From Bythopirellula sp. (lineage in GTDB: Bacteria; Planctomycetota; Planctomycetia; Pirellulales; Lacipirellulaceae), in the NCBI GenBank assembly GCA_965216565.1, contig OZ244170.1, forward strand, positions 4,928,001-4,992,000: 64,000 bases of DNA, written 5' to 3'. This document shows positions 37,633 through 46,786 of the stretch, in pieces (the first letter of the stretch is position 1; every line of letters begins with the position of its first letter). The notes under the pieces were generated by a model that saw only the letters and a list, made by a program, of their open reading frames with translations, was not told the DNA's origin and made no database searches. The position numbers and the translations under genes were made by a program.

Positions 37633-39300
37633 ATGCCAAGACCTATGATGAATCGAACGTCTCTAATCGCCTGTGCCGTTGTCCTGGCCGCCGTGCTGCA
37701 CCAAACAAGTCGGGCGGATAGTCCCGGCCTGGAATTTCTGGACGACGCAATGCGGGCCAAGATCAATGCAACTGGCTTGCAGGATCTGAACCAAGTGATC
37801 GATCTCTTGCAGAAGTCCCTCGACAAGGGACTGGATGAGGAAGACTCTGCCTTCGCCGAGAGCATGATGTCCGATGCCTTGATGCAACGGGCCAGTTCGT
37901 TGGTGCGTGTGATCAATCGGAAGTCGCTCGATGACAAACGCGTGAAACAAATCTACCGGTTAGTAGTTTCCGATCTCAGGCGAGTTTTGGCGTTTTCCGA
38001 ACCTCCGGCCGATGCGCATTTTATGTTAGGCAAATTGATGGAGCTACCGGGAGGCGATCCCCATGAAGCACGACGCCACCTGACGGAATACTTAGGGGCC
38101 GATGACTTGAAGGATACCCAAAAAGCGGAAGCCTTTGTGCTTCGGGCCCGGGTGCAAACCGACGAGGCCAAGGCGCTCGCCGATTTCGATTCCGCACTCG
38201 CTCTTGAACCGGAGAATACTAAGTACCAACTAGTCCGAGCCGTTTACCTGCGTAGTCGCAAAAAGCTCGACGAGGCATTGGCAGATGTGGCAACCATATT
38301 GGAGAACAATCCCGCCGATGTGAATGCCCTGATCATGCAGGGAGAAGTCCTCCGTGAGTTGGGTAAGGATGAGGCCGCACTGGAGAGTTTCGAGAAGGCA
38401 GCGGAACTAGCGCCCAAATCACTGCTGGCGCATCAGCGTCTGGGAGAAATCTATCGCACTAGTGGCGAATACGACAAAGCAATTGAGCAATTCGACAAGA
38501 TCTTAGAGATCAAGCCGGGCGAGGTCCTGACGAAAGTTCACCGAGCCGAGATCTATCTGCGTAGCAACCGATTGGAAGAGGCGCTGGCAGACGTCGATTC
38601 AGTCCTCGAGAAACAGCCCTTGGTACTCGCCCATCGGATTCGTGCCGAGGTGTTGGCAAATATGGATCGACTCGACGAAGCGATTGAGGAGATCGAACGG
38701 GTCTCGCTTGCCATGCCGGGCAACAACGAGATAAAGCTTCAATTGGCTCTCTACTACCAGATCGACCGACAGAACGACAAAGCCATTGAGATCTATACAA
38801 AAATCTTAGAGCAAGATGGCGACAACATTACTGTACGCCGCACCCGAGGCGATGCGTACTTGACCAAAGGCGATCACGCCGAGGCAATTGCAGATTTTGA
38901 AAAAGCCCTCGAAGCATTGCCGGAGGACCCGTCGTTGCTGAACAACCTGGCCTGGGTGCTGGCGACTTCGCCGGACGACCAACTTCGCAATGGCAAGCGG
39001 GCCGTCGAACTGGCCACTAAGGCTTGCGAAGTGACCGACTATCAGCAGGCACACATCTTAAGCACTCTGGCCGCGGCCTTTGCCGAGTCGGGGGACTTTG
39101 ACACGGCGATCGAGTGGTCGGAGAAGGCCGTTGAAATGGGAGAGGACCAAGAGGCTCAGCTATCCAAGGAATTGGCCAGCTATCGAGGTGGCGAGCCTTG
39201 GCGCGAGCGTCAATCGCTGGAGGAATTAGAGGATTCCCAGCGAAACGACGCCACAACGCAATCGTCGGAAGCAGAAAAATTGCCAGCCGAAGTTGAATAG
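37633..39300 (+). CDS. secreted tetratricopeptide repeat protein
   Basis: Signal peptide, many TPR units, NNLAWVLAT...AVELATKACE...TLAAAFAE tail. Confidence 0.85.
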   Translation: MPRPMMNRTSLIACAVVLAAVLHQTSRADSPGLEFLDDAMRAKINATGLQDLNQVIDLLQKSLDKGLDEEDSAFAESMMSDALMQRASSLVRVINRKSLDDKRVKQIYRLVVSDLRRVLAFSEPPADAHFMLGKLMELPGGDPHEARRHLTEYLGADDLKDTQKAEAFVLRARVQTDEAKALADFDSALALEPENTKYQLVRAVYLRSRKKLDEALADVATILENNPADVNALIMQGEVLRELGKDEAALESFEKAAELAPKSLLAHQRLGEIYRTSGEYDKAIEQFDKILEIKPGEVLTKVHRAEIYLRSNRLEEALADVDSVLEKQPLVLAHRIRAEVLANMDRLDEAIEEIERVSLAMPGNNEIKLQLALYYQIDRQNDKAIEIYTKILEQDGDNITVRRTRGDAYLTKGDHAEAIADFEKALEALPEDPSLLNNLAWVLATSPDDQLRNGKRAVELATKACEVTDYQQAHILSTLAAAFAESGDFDTAIEWSEKAVEMGEDQEAQLSKELASYRGGEPWRERQSLEELEDSQRNDATTQSSEAEKLPAEVE

Positions 39301-39364
39301 CCAAGTTAAAAGAGCGAGAATTGACCCCCTGCATTCTCACTCCTCAAACTTGTGAACCAATCGC

Positions 39365-40972
39365 ATGACGCGACTCGCGCTGCACTGGCAAATTCTGTCG
39401 ACGATGCTTCTCGGCGCCCTGCTGGGGATCGTGCTCAACGCTTCCACTGGTAGCCTGCGGATGGATGGCGCTCGCCAGCACGGTCCGCTAGTGATCCAGC
39501 ACATCGGAATGTCGAATCCGATTAGCGTTGCCAAGGGACAATTCTGGGCCAGCGATAGTCCCGAAGTCATTCTGCTCCAGATCGACGAAGCGGTTGCCGA
39601 GGGCGGATACCAGTCCCGCCGGATCGCCGTCGGCGAGGCTGGGGTTGTCGAGAGATTCCTCGATAACGATTCCCAACAGAATCCGCTGTGGCCCGACGTG
39701 CCGGTACAGCTCGACCCGACCCGCGAGGTACCACTAGAGACATATCCGGCTCTGGAAGTCTTGGCCAAAAAGGATGCCGTGGCCTTTGGGCTGTTCGAAC
39801 AGTTTGGTAGATCGCGTGCTCGAGTCGTGGGGAATGTCGCCAAGGCCCTGGGCGATCTGTTTCTGCGGATGCTAAAAATGGTTTCGATTCCGTTGATCAT
39901 CACTTCGCTGATCTCCGGAATCACTGGCCTAGGGCGTGCCGAGCGGCTGGGCAAGATGTTCGGTCGGACGATTCTCTACTATCTCAGTACGAGTTTGTTT
40001 GCGATTTTCGTTGGCTTGGCAATGGTGAATCTTATTCGGCCTGGGGTTGGCAATGGCGGCATCGCGGAAGCGCCCATTGCCGAGGTTGAGCATGTTCAGG
40101 GACAAAGCCTGACGATGGTGTTGTTCAACCAACTGAAAACGATGATTCCCGACAACCCGTTCGAGGCCTTGGCCGAGGGCACGTTTCTCTCGATTATCGC
40201 GTTCAGTCTGATGTTTGGCGTCTGCACGATTTGGGTAGGAGGGAAGAGTGCGGAACGGATCAGCGACTTTTTCGATGCTGCCTTCCATGTGATGATGCGG
40301 CTGACGATGGTGATCATCGAGTTAGCTCCGATTGGTGTGTTCTTCCTGATGCTTTCGGCGACGGCAACCCAGGGAGCGGGGGTCTTCCAAACACTGGGCT
40401 GGTATATGTTGGCGGTCACCTGCGCTCTGCTGATACACGCCATGGTTGTCTTGCCCTGCATCTTGAAGTTTGTGGCCAAACGCGATCCTTGGACTTACGC
40501 CAAAGCGATGAGCCCGGCTTTGCTCACCGCTTTTAGCTCTGCGTCGAGCAATGGCACATTGCCGCTGACTTTGACATGCGTGGAGGAGCGAGCCGGAATC
40601 AGCAACCGCGTCGGTTCGTTTGTACTGCCGCTGGGTGCGACGATTAACATGGACGGCACGGCACTGTACGAAGTGGTAGCGGTGCTGTTCATTGCCCAGT
40701 TTAGTGGGATCGAACTCTCGATGGTGGATCAACTAGTGGTGGCTTTCACAGCGCTACTGGCAAGCATCGGCGCGGCCGGCATTCCGCATGCGGGTTTGGT
40801 AATGATGGTGATCATTCTGCAGGCGGTCGGGCTTCCCACAGAAAGCCAGGGACTCATTATCGCGGTGGACCGTGTGCTCGACATGCTGCGAACAGCCGTC
40901 AACGTGTGGAGCGATTCCTGCGGCTGTGCGGTGATCGGACGCTACGAAGCCGAAGGGGTGAAGAAGGGCTAA
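39365..40972 (+). CDS. dicarboxylate/amino acid:cation symporter (DAACS, GltP-like)
   Basis: GDLFLRMLKM, AFSSASSNGTLP, PLGATINMDGTALY, ASIGAAGIP, DRVLDMLRTAVNV. Confidence 0.93.
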   Translation: MTRLALHWQILSTMLLGALLGIVLNASTGSLRMDGARQHGPLVIQHIGMSNPISVAKGQFWASDSPEVILLQIDEAVAEGGYQSRRIAVGEAGVVERFLDNDSQQNPLWPDVPVQLDPTREVPLETYPALEVLAKKDAVAFGLFEQFGRSRARVVGNVAKALGDLFLRMLKMVSIPLIITSLISGITGLGRAERLGKMFGRTILYYLSTSLFAIFVGLAMVNLIRPGVGNGGIAEAPIAEVEHVQGQSLTMVLFNQLKTMIPDNPFEALAEGTFLSIIAFSLMFGVCTIWVGGKSAERISDFFDAAFHVMMRLTMVIIELAPIGVFFLMLSATATQGAGVFQTLGWYMLAVTCALLIHAMVVLPCILKFVAKRDPWTYAKAMSPALLTAFSSASSNGTLPLTLTCVEERAGISNRVGSFVLPLGATINMDGTALYEVVAVLFIAQFSGIELSMVDQLVVAFTALLASIGAAGIPHAGLVMMVIILQAVGLPTESQGLIIAVDRVLDMLRTAVNVWSDSCGCAVIGRYEAEGVKKG

Positions 40973-40994
40973 CTCGATGCGTCGGTTTACCCCC

Positions 40995-41075
40995 TAGCCG
41001 GAGGCACACTTGCCTCCGGCGGACCGCCCACCACGGCGGGTAGACAGTGGCGGTCCGGCTATGGAAAAAGTTGAA
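40995..41075 (-). repeat. MITE/REP-like palindromic repeat, copy 1
   Basis: Ends TAGCCGGA...TCCGGCTA with internal hairpins; near-identical inverted copy at 59913-60000. Confidence 0.85.
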
Positions 41076-41219
41076 CCTATAGCAGTCACAATGTCTGGCT
41101 GATTTGGCCGTGATGTAGAACGCGAAAAATTGTTCTCGACCTCGGCCCCTTGACCAACTGGCGTCGAAGGATAGACTCGATGGACTATCGAGATCACTTC
41201 TCGATAGGCCAATATTGTT

Positions 41220-41304
41220 GGGCCCGTGGCGGAATTGGCAGACGCGCAAGGTTGAGGGCCTTGTGCCCGTTAAGGGCGTGCTGGTTCGACTCCAGTCGGG
41301 CCCA
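41220..41304 (+). tRNA. tRNA-Leu(GAG)
   Basis: Acceptor GGGCCCG/CGGGCCC, anticodon arm caagg-tt-GAG-gg-ccttg, long variable arm, GTTCGAC. Confidence 0.95.
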
Positions 41305-41353
41305 CTTGAGATTGAGTCGCGAAGTTTCCTCAGACTCAATCGAACATGATACT

Positions 41354-41398
41354 GAGGCTCGTCGTCGATAGGCTCGATGGCGAGCCTCTTTTCATTTC
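41354..41398 (+). terminator. Rho-independent terminator after tRNA-Leu
   Basis: gaggctcgtcgtcga-loop-tcgatggcgagcctc followed by ttttcattt. Confidence 0.7.
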
Positions 41399-41560
41399 TG
41401 CAATTCGTCCTTTGCACTGCATTCTCCCTTGGATAGCTCAGGGGAGAGTCCTACAATTCCCAATGAAGAGACACGCCAGGTCATTGCTCTGGTGCATACC
41501 TCAATGTCTCTGAACAATAGAGTTTCTGATTAGCAAAGCGTTTTAACCTGGAGTTTTTCT

Positions 41561-42070
41561 GTGATGCTTAGCGAAGTGATGCAAAAAGCGATTAATGCTC
41601 AAATAAACCTGGAGCTGTTCTCTTCCTACAGCTACCTTTCGATGGCCTCCTGGTGCGAGCATCAGCAATTCGTCGGCTGTGCCCATTGGTTGCGGTTGCA
41701 GAGCGAAGAAGAACGTGAGCATGCCATGCGGCTGCACGACTTTTTGATTGCCCGCAATTGCCGAGTGATTCTCCAGCCGATCGCTCAACCGCAAAGCGAC
41801 TTTGAGTCGGTGGTGCATGTCTTCGAGAGATCCTTGGAGCAGGAGCAACAAGTTACCAGTCAGATCAACGATCTCTATGAATTGGCGTTCAAAGAGAAAG
41901 CCTTTGCCGCGCTCGTCGAACTGGAATGGTTTATCACCGAACAAGTCGAAGAGGAGAAGACCGCGCGCGAGGTGGTTCACAAGTTCCGCATGGTCGCCGA
42001 CGACCCGGCTTCCCTGTTGGATATGGATCGCGAGCTTAGCTCCCGCAAGTCAGAAGAGTCTGAGGGCTAA
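41561..42070 (+). CDS. ftnA: non-heme ferritin
   Basis: QINLELFSSYSYLSM, EEREHAM, EQEQQVT, WFITEQVEEE ferroxidase residues. Confidence 0.92.
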   Translation: MMLSEVMQKAINAQINLELFSSYSYLSMASWCEHQQFVGCAHWLRLQSEEEREHAMRLHDFLIARNCRVILQPIAQPQSDFESVVHVFERSLEQEQQVTSQINDLYELAFKEKAFAALVELEWFITEQVEEEKTAREVVHKFRMVADDPASLLDMDRELSSRKSEESEG

Positions 42071-42294
42071 ACCCAATAGCCTTTAGCGAGTTCCAGGGCT
42101 GGGTAGGTTGCCGCAGCAATGCGGCCCTTCACAGCTCCGAATCCGCCATACTCGCGAATCTCCAGATAGAGAAACAAGCAGGCCATCATCAGCGAGATGA
42201 GCGCGATGATCAGCATCACCGTGTAGACGGTCATCTGCGGCTGCTTCTTGAGGACGGTGGGAGCACTAACCGATTCTAAGTTTGGTTGCGACAT
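42067..42294 (-). CDS. small single-TM hypothetical protein
   Basis: MSQPN...VYTVMLIIALISLMMACLFLYLE; RBS AGGAGG lies within the upstream gene. Confidence 0.7.
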   Translation of the reverse strand: MSQPNLESVSAPTVLKKQPQMTVYTVMLIIALISLMMACLFLYLEIREYGGFGAVKGRIAAATYPALELAKGYWV

Positions 42295-43105
42295 TGTCGC
42301 CCTCCTGGATCTGTCCTTGTTGAAAGCGACGGATGACGCGGCCCACAGCACGATCGGGTTCGGTAGTCAAAATCTCGGCACGGCCCAGATAACGATCGCC
42401 GCGGAATACTTCGACGGTATGGCCAGGTTTTAGTCCATCGTCGGAGCCAATAGAGACCTCGATCAGCTGGCTGCCCGCGTTACGCCGGGTGGCCTTCACT
42501 TGACCGCGAACTTGTGGGACGACCGATTTGGGATCGGTGTCGGGATTAATACCATTTTCATTCAAGAGCACTCGCTTTTGGCCCAGTTCGGCTACGAGTT
42601 GCACGTTGCGTTCTTCTAGAGAGTCGAGCCTGCCTTTGGACTGATGCAGCTTGTCGGTCGCCGCAATCATCGCGCGGAATGCCTCGTCGCGTTTCTCTTG
42701 ATTTTCGAGGTTCGCATCCCGCAGGTTGCCCACCTCTTCGGTGAGTTTCTCGTTGTTCGCCTGGGTCGATTGCACCGCGGCGGTGTTGGCTCGCTCTTTC
42801 TGTCGCAGTTGGTCCAGATCGTTTTGGAGTGTGTTATTGAGCGAGAGCAGCGTAGTCCGCTCGGTCTCTAGCTTCACGGCCTGACGACGCAGATCTTCCG
42901 CCTCGGCAGTGAGAGTGGTTTGCAGACTTTGCAGTCGGCTTTCAAGTTCCACGTTATCGCGCGTGGCTTGAGAGAGGTTGCTCTGCAGCTTTTCCGCTTC
43001 GGCCTTCCAATTCTTGTGCGTGGCGTAGACGTTGATCGACACCCACATCATGAACAATGAGGCAATGCAGATTAGTCCCGTTAATATTTTGCCAAGGAAA
43101 CTCAT
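42266..43105 (-). CDS. membrane-anchored coiled-coil protein with C-terminal beta domain
   Basis: N-terminal TM, about 170 aa heptad-rich region, C-terminal IEVSIGSDDGLKPG...YLGRAEI (FlgT-C-like pattern). Confidence 0.8.
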   Translation of the reverse strand: MSFLGKILTGLICIASLFMMWVSINVYATHKNWKAEAEKLQSNLSQATRDNVELESRLQSLQTTLTAEAEDLRRQAVKLETERTTLLSLNNTLQNDLDQLRQKERANTAAVQSTQANNEKLTEEVGNLRDANLENQEKRDEAFRAMIAATDKLHQSKGRLDSLEERNVQLVAELGQKRVLLNENGINPDTDPKSVVPQVRGQVKATRRNAGSQLIEVSIGSDDGLKPGHTVEVFRGDRYLGRAEILTTEPDRAVGRVIRRFQQGQIQEGDNVATKLRIG

Positions 43106-43314
43106 CGAATCTCACTTCCTCTGGGACCGCCTCGCAAGACAAGCTGTGCGTGCTTTAGGCGTGTCGAATCATTTGTACGGTTGAGCTTCCAATGCCTGTT
43201 CTCACTCGAATTCTAGCCAGCTTCCGGAGCAGGGCAAACGACCGGAGTTCTTAGAAATCGTCTTCCAAGAGCCCCGCTTACCTTGCGCAGACTAGAGATC
43301 GTTCCATTAAAAGC

Positions 43315-43344
43315 AGTATAATCAGGGGGCGAATTGAGTGTCAA
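43315..43344 (-). promoter_or_regulatory. near-consensus sigma70 promoter
   Basis: Minus strand reads TTGACA-N18-TATACT, preceded by an A-tract; about 200 nt upstream of ATG 43105. Confidence 0.7.
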
Positions 43345-43671
43345 TTTTTTGGCCTGTGTCCATCAAGAAAGCCCGCAAAGGAGGGCCGATTGTGACACTT
43401 GTGAGGCCCAAGGAGCTGAATGGGGCTCCCGGTGGTGGGCTTTGGAGAAAATTCGGGGCGTCAGGGGTCTTATCGAATACGATTTGAGGACTCGCTTAGC
43501 GGCCCAGGACGATGCAGCCTGTGCCTCGAGGCAACTTACCCAATCTGGTATATAGATGCTGATTTGGGTCGCTCTTACCTGTGCACGTCAGGCGCGCTAG
43601 ATACAGCCGGAGGCATTCTCGCAAACCACACCAACAGTACGTGTTAGCAATTATCCGTTTCAGCACAACTA

Positions 43672-43717
43672 GTCAAACAATAAAGACCCCGCTAGCTATG
43701 CCAACCAGCGGGGTCTT
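43672..43717 (-). terminator. Rho-independent terminator of the sulfatase gene
   Basis: Stem aagaccccgct/agcggggtctt, followed on the minus strand by a T-rich tail. Confidence 0.65.
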
Positions 43718-43748
43718 GCACAAAACACTTCTTAGAGCCAAGAGTGAA

Positions 43749-45335
43749 CTAGTGCCCACCCCCAGGTGTACTGAGCCTACTTAAGGCATCTGCTGGCCCA
43801 AATGAACCGCTCTTTTGGCTAGGTGGATACTTCACGAAGGTCTCGACGAATTGTGCCACCACTGATTGGGCAGGCACAAACGTCCACATCTTATCTGCGT
43901 ACCAACGGAAGTACATCTTGGATTCACGCATGAACCGCTCGAAAGGGTCTTGCCTAAGACTAATAACATAGGGCATGTTAACAGGTCGCAATATGGAATC
44001 AGCCAGATTTCCTTCTTGGACTTGAAAGTGAATCTTCCAATCATTGACTCGAACGGCATTTAGATTCGCATTGTCATCGAAATAGAATATCTCACGTCGA
44101 GGGCCTGTTTCCACTTCGCCTTTGAAAAACGGCATAAAGTTGTAGCCATCGAGATGATTCTTGAAGGTTTTGCCGTTCGCTTGATGGCCCGCCAACAACT
44201 TCTCCTTGACATCGGGGTCCCCAGCTGCTGCGACGAAAGTTGGCATCCAATCCTCGTGGGACATGATTTCATTGACAATAGTCCCTGGTTTCACGACGCC
44301 AGGCCAGCGGACTACACAGGGAACTCGCATGCCGCCTTCCCAAGTGGTTCCCTTTTCTCCGTGAAACGGTGTGCAGCCACCGTCAGGCCAAGTCATCACT
44401 TCGGCACCGTTGTCCGTAGAAACGATAACAATCGTGTTATCTGCGATCCCAAGGTCATCTAACTTCTCTAATAATTGGCCTACTACCCAATCAAATTCGG
44501 CCATTCCGTCTGCATACAATCCATGCCCTGTCTTATCCTTCCATTCCTCGGAAAGGTGAGTGAAAACGTGCATCCGAGTCAGATTGTGCCACAAGAAAAA
44601 CGGCTTGTTCGCTTCGTTAGAACGGTCGATGAAATCAAGTGAATGCTTCAAAAGGTCTTTTTCAACGGTCCTCATGCGTTCACGGGTCAATGGGCCAGTA
44701 TCCTCGATTGTTTGCTTTCCGACTTTCCCAAATCGTGGGTCGACAGTCGGATCATCTTGGTCGCTTGCCTTACAATGAAGTACACCACGCGGCCCAAATT
44801 GTTCATAGAAAGTCTTGCCATTGGGAAGAACCTTGTCTCTCGGGTACTGGGGGTCTTCTGGCTCCTCTTCTGCGTTTAAGTGATAGAGATTGCCGTAGAA
44901 TTCATCGAAGCCATGGACGGTTGGGAGATACTCGTTCCGGTCACCCAAGTGATTCTTTCCAATCTGAGCTGTCGCGTAGCCATGCGGCTTGAGTAGCTCA
45001 GCGATAGTTGGATCTTTGTGCTGCATCCCTTGTTTGGCACCTGGCATTCCAACCTTGAGTAAGCCCACCCGATATGGGTGCTGACCAGTGATGAAAGCTG
45101 CACGGCCAGCCGTACAGCTTTGCTGTGCGTAGTAGTCGGTGAAACGAGCACCTTCACGAGCGACTCGATCGATATTTGGTGTGCGACCTCCCATCATGCC
45201 CTGGTGGTAGCAGCTAAAGTTGTTCCATCCGATGTCATCGCCCCAGATAACGAGAATATTTGGCTTGTCTGCTGCATTCACAAATGAAGTCAGCAAACAA
45301 GCAGAAAAACTAAGAACTAAGAAACTGTGTCGCAT
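43749..45335 (-). CDS. secreted arylsulfatase (formylglycine-dependent, S1)
   Basis: RBS GAGGAG; signal peptide; KPNILVIWGDD, SCTAGRAAFITG, GKNHLG, STDNG, GEKGTTWEGG. Confidence 0.93.
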   Translation of the reverse strand: MRHSFLVLSFSACLLTSFVNAADKPNILVIWGDDIGWNNFSCYHQGMMGGRTPNIDRVAREGARFTDYYAQQSCTAGRAAFITGQHPYRVGLLKVGMPGAKQGMQHKDPTIAELLKPHGYATAQIGKNHLGDRNEYLPTVHGFDEFYGNLYHLNAEEEPEDPQYPRDKVLPNGKTFYEQFGPRGVLHCKASDQDDPTVDPRFGKVGKQTIEDTGPLTRERMRTVEKDLLKHSLDFIDRSNEANKPFFLWHNLTRMHVFTHLSEEWKDKTGHGLYADGMAEFDWVVGQLLEKLDDLGIADNTIVIVSTDNGAEVMTWPDGGCTPFHGEKGTTWEGGMRVPCVVRWPGVVKPGTIVNEIMSHEDWMPTFVAAAGDPDVKEKLLAGHQANGKTFKNHLDGYNFMPFFKGEVETGPRREIFYFDDNANLNAVRVNDWKIHFQVQEGNLADSILRPVNMPYVISLRQDPFERFMRESKMYFRWYADKMWTFVPAQSVVAQFVETFVKYPPSQKSGSFGPADALSRLSTPGGGH

Positions 45336-45680
45336 GGATGTCTCCTCTTTTAACGCACAGAAAAGTAAACGGCAGGAAGTCGTCACAATTGAACTTCTGC
45401 TGCGGATGAGTAAGAACTGCCCAAGGAGCATAACATACTGCCACCAGAAACACACTAACTTGGATTGGATAGTCCAAAGCAGAATGAGACATGTGATCTG
45501 GAAAAGTCGGGAGTGTATCAGCTTGCCTACGACCAGCAATTGGCAATGTGTAGCGAGGTATCCCTTTGATCGAGTCATGTAGAATACCGAATTAACTGAA
45601 CGATACCAAAGGACCAAGCCGTTGAGAAAGGAGACAACATTAGCACATTGAAGCTACGTTGCGTCGGAGTGAAACTCAGA

Positions 45681-45700
45681 TGCTAGTTAGCTAACTAGCA
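45681..45700. promoter_or_regulatory. perfect 20-bp palindrome, possible operator
   Basis: TGCTAGTTAG|CTAACTAGCA. Confidence 0.45.
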
Positions 45701-45750
45701 CAGGACGATGAAGCTGAGGTAGTTAAGTCACCGCAATGAGCCGTAGGCGT

Positions 45751-45920
45751 TACATACCGTAGCCCAGGGTTGATCGCGATGCGATCTACCCTGGGTCTTA
45801 ATCGACATCATCTCTACCCTGAAAGGGTTGTACACTTTGTGAAACCCTTTCAGGGTATATTTTGGAGCCTTTACATACCCAGGGTAGCGACTGCGCCGCA
45901 ACCCTGGGCTACGGTATGTA
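45751..45920. repeat. 170-bp REPIN-like nested inverted repeat
   Basis: Outer arms tacataccgtagcccagggttg / caaccctgggctacggtatgta; inner arms taccctgggt/acccagggta and accctgaaagggtt/aaccctttcagggt. Confidence 0.85.
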
Positions 45921-46007
45921 TCCCCTTCGGGGAATGCCCGGGCGTGAAACACCGAGGTTGGTTAGCGTCCACCCAGACGGCACTTTTTCCGGAAGCTATT
46001 GCCGTCG

Positions 46008-46775
46008 CTACCAGCGCTCTTCGGGCCGGCGGAGCACCTCGTTGGCTACGATCAATTGGCGCATGCCCTGCGGTTTGCTGAGGAGTTGGCGGACTTCGTC
46101 GGCTACCGAGGCAGCCGATTGGCTGGCCTGATCTTCGCGGTGCTCGAGCTGTCCCACTTGATGCTCGAACGTGTCGTGCAAGCGGGCCTCAACAATGTCG
46201 TCGGCCAGCGCCACTTCGTCGCCCAACTGCTCGGCACTCTCGGTGACACTCTTGCGGCTCAGGTGACGGGCGACATGCTCTGCGACGCCTTCAGAACGAA
46301 GGGACTTCGCTTCTGGCACCGGTTGGCTGGGACGCTGAGCCGGTTTGGCGGGGCGACGTTTTCTTGGCTTGGGCTGAGGAGGACGCGGGGTCGATCGTTC
46401 CGCGACAACTTCCCGCATGGGTGGAGACTCTTCGCGACCACGTGCCCGATCGTCCCGAAATGAACCGCCTTCGTTCCGCTCTCGCAACTCGCGATCCCTG
46501 GCCGATTCGGCAGCAGGTTGTTTGCCTTCCGCTCGACGCAGAAATTCTTCCACTTCGGCTCGCAACGGATCTGCCTGGTTGGGGGGCTGCCCTTGAGGTC
46601 CGCGTTCGGCGGGGGGCCGCTTGACGCGACGGGCTTTTTGCTTCGCGCGTTTTTGGGCATCTTCACGCCCGGAGATCAGATGGCCAACTCCATAGAACAG
46701 AAACACGATAATCGTGCCGACAATCTGCCACCAATCGTCTGCGGCCAACAGCAATATTTGATCGAGCTGAATCAT
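46008..46775 (-). CDS. hypothetical membrane-anchored protein (YqfB-like position in the floA operon)
   Basis: N-terminal TM, disordered charged middle, C-terminal QGMRQLIVANEVLRRP (resembling the EIL..P tail of floA-associated proteins). Confidence 0.7.
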   Translation of the reverse strand: MIQLDQILLLAADDWWQIVGTIIVFLFYGVGHLISGREDAQKRAKQKARRVKRPPAERGPQGQPPNQADPLRAEVEEFLRRAEGKQPAAESARDRELRERNEGGSFRDDRARGREESPPMREVVAERSTPRPPQPKPRKRRPAKPAQRPSQPVPEAKSLRSEGVAEHVARHLSRKSVTESAEQLGDEVALADDIVEARLHDTFEHQVGQLEHREDQASQSAASVADEVRQLLSKPQGMRQLIVANEVLRRPEERW

Positions 46776-46786
46776 AGAATCGGCCC

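Noticed and set aside
45336..45617. 94-aa N-terminal extension of the sulfatase
   Set aside because: A clear RBS and signal peptide start at ATG 45335; the extension is not protein-like.
45728..45952. CRISPR array or small ORFs in the palindromic region
   Set aside because: Repeats are inverted, not direct repeats with unique spacers, and there are no cas genes; the ORFs are by-products of the palindrome.
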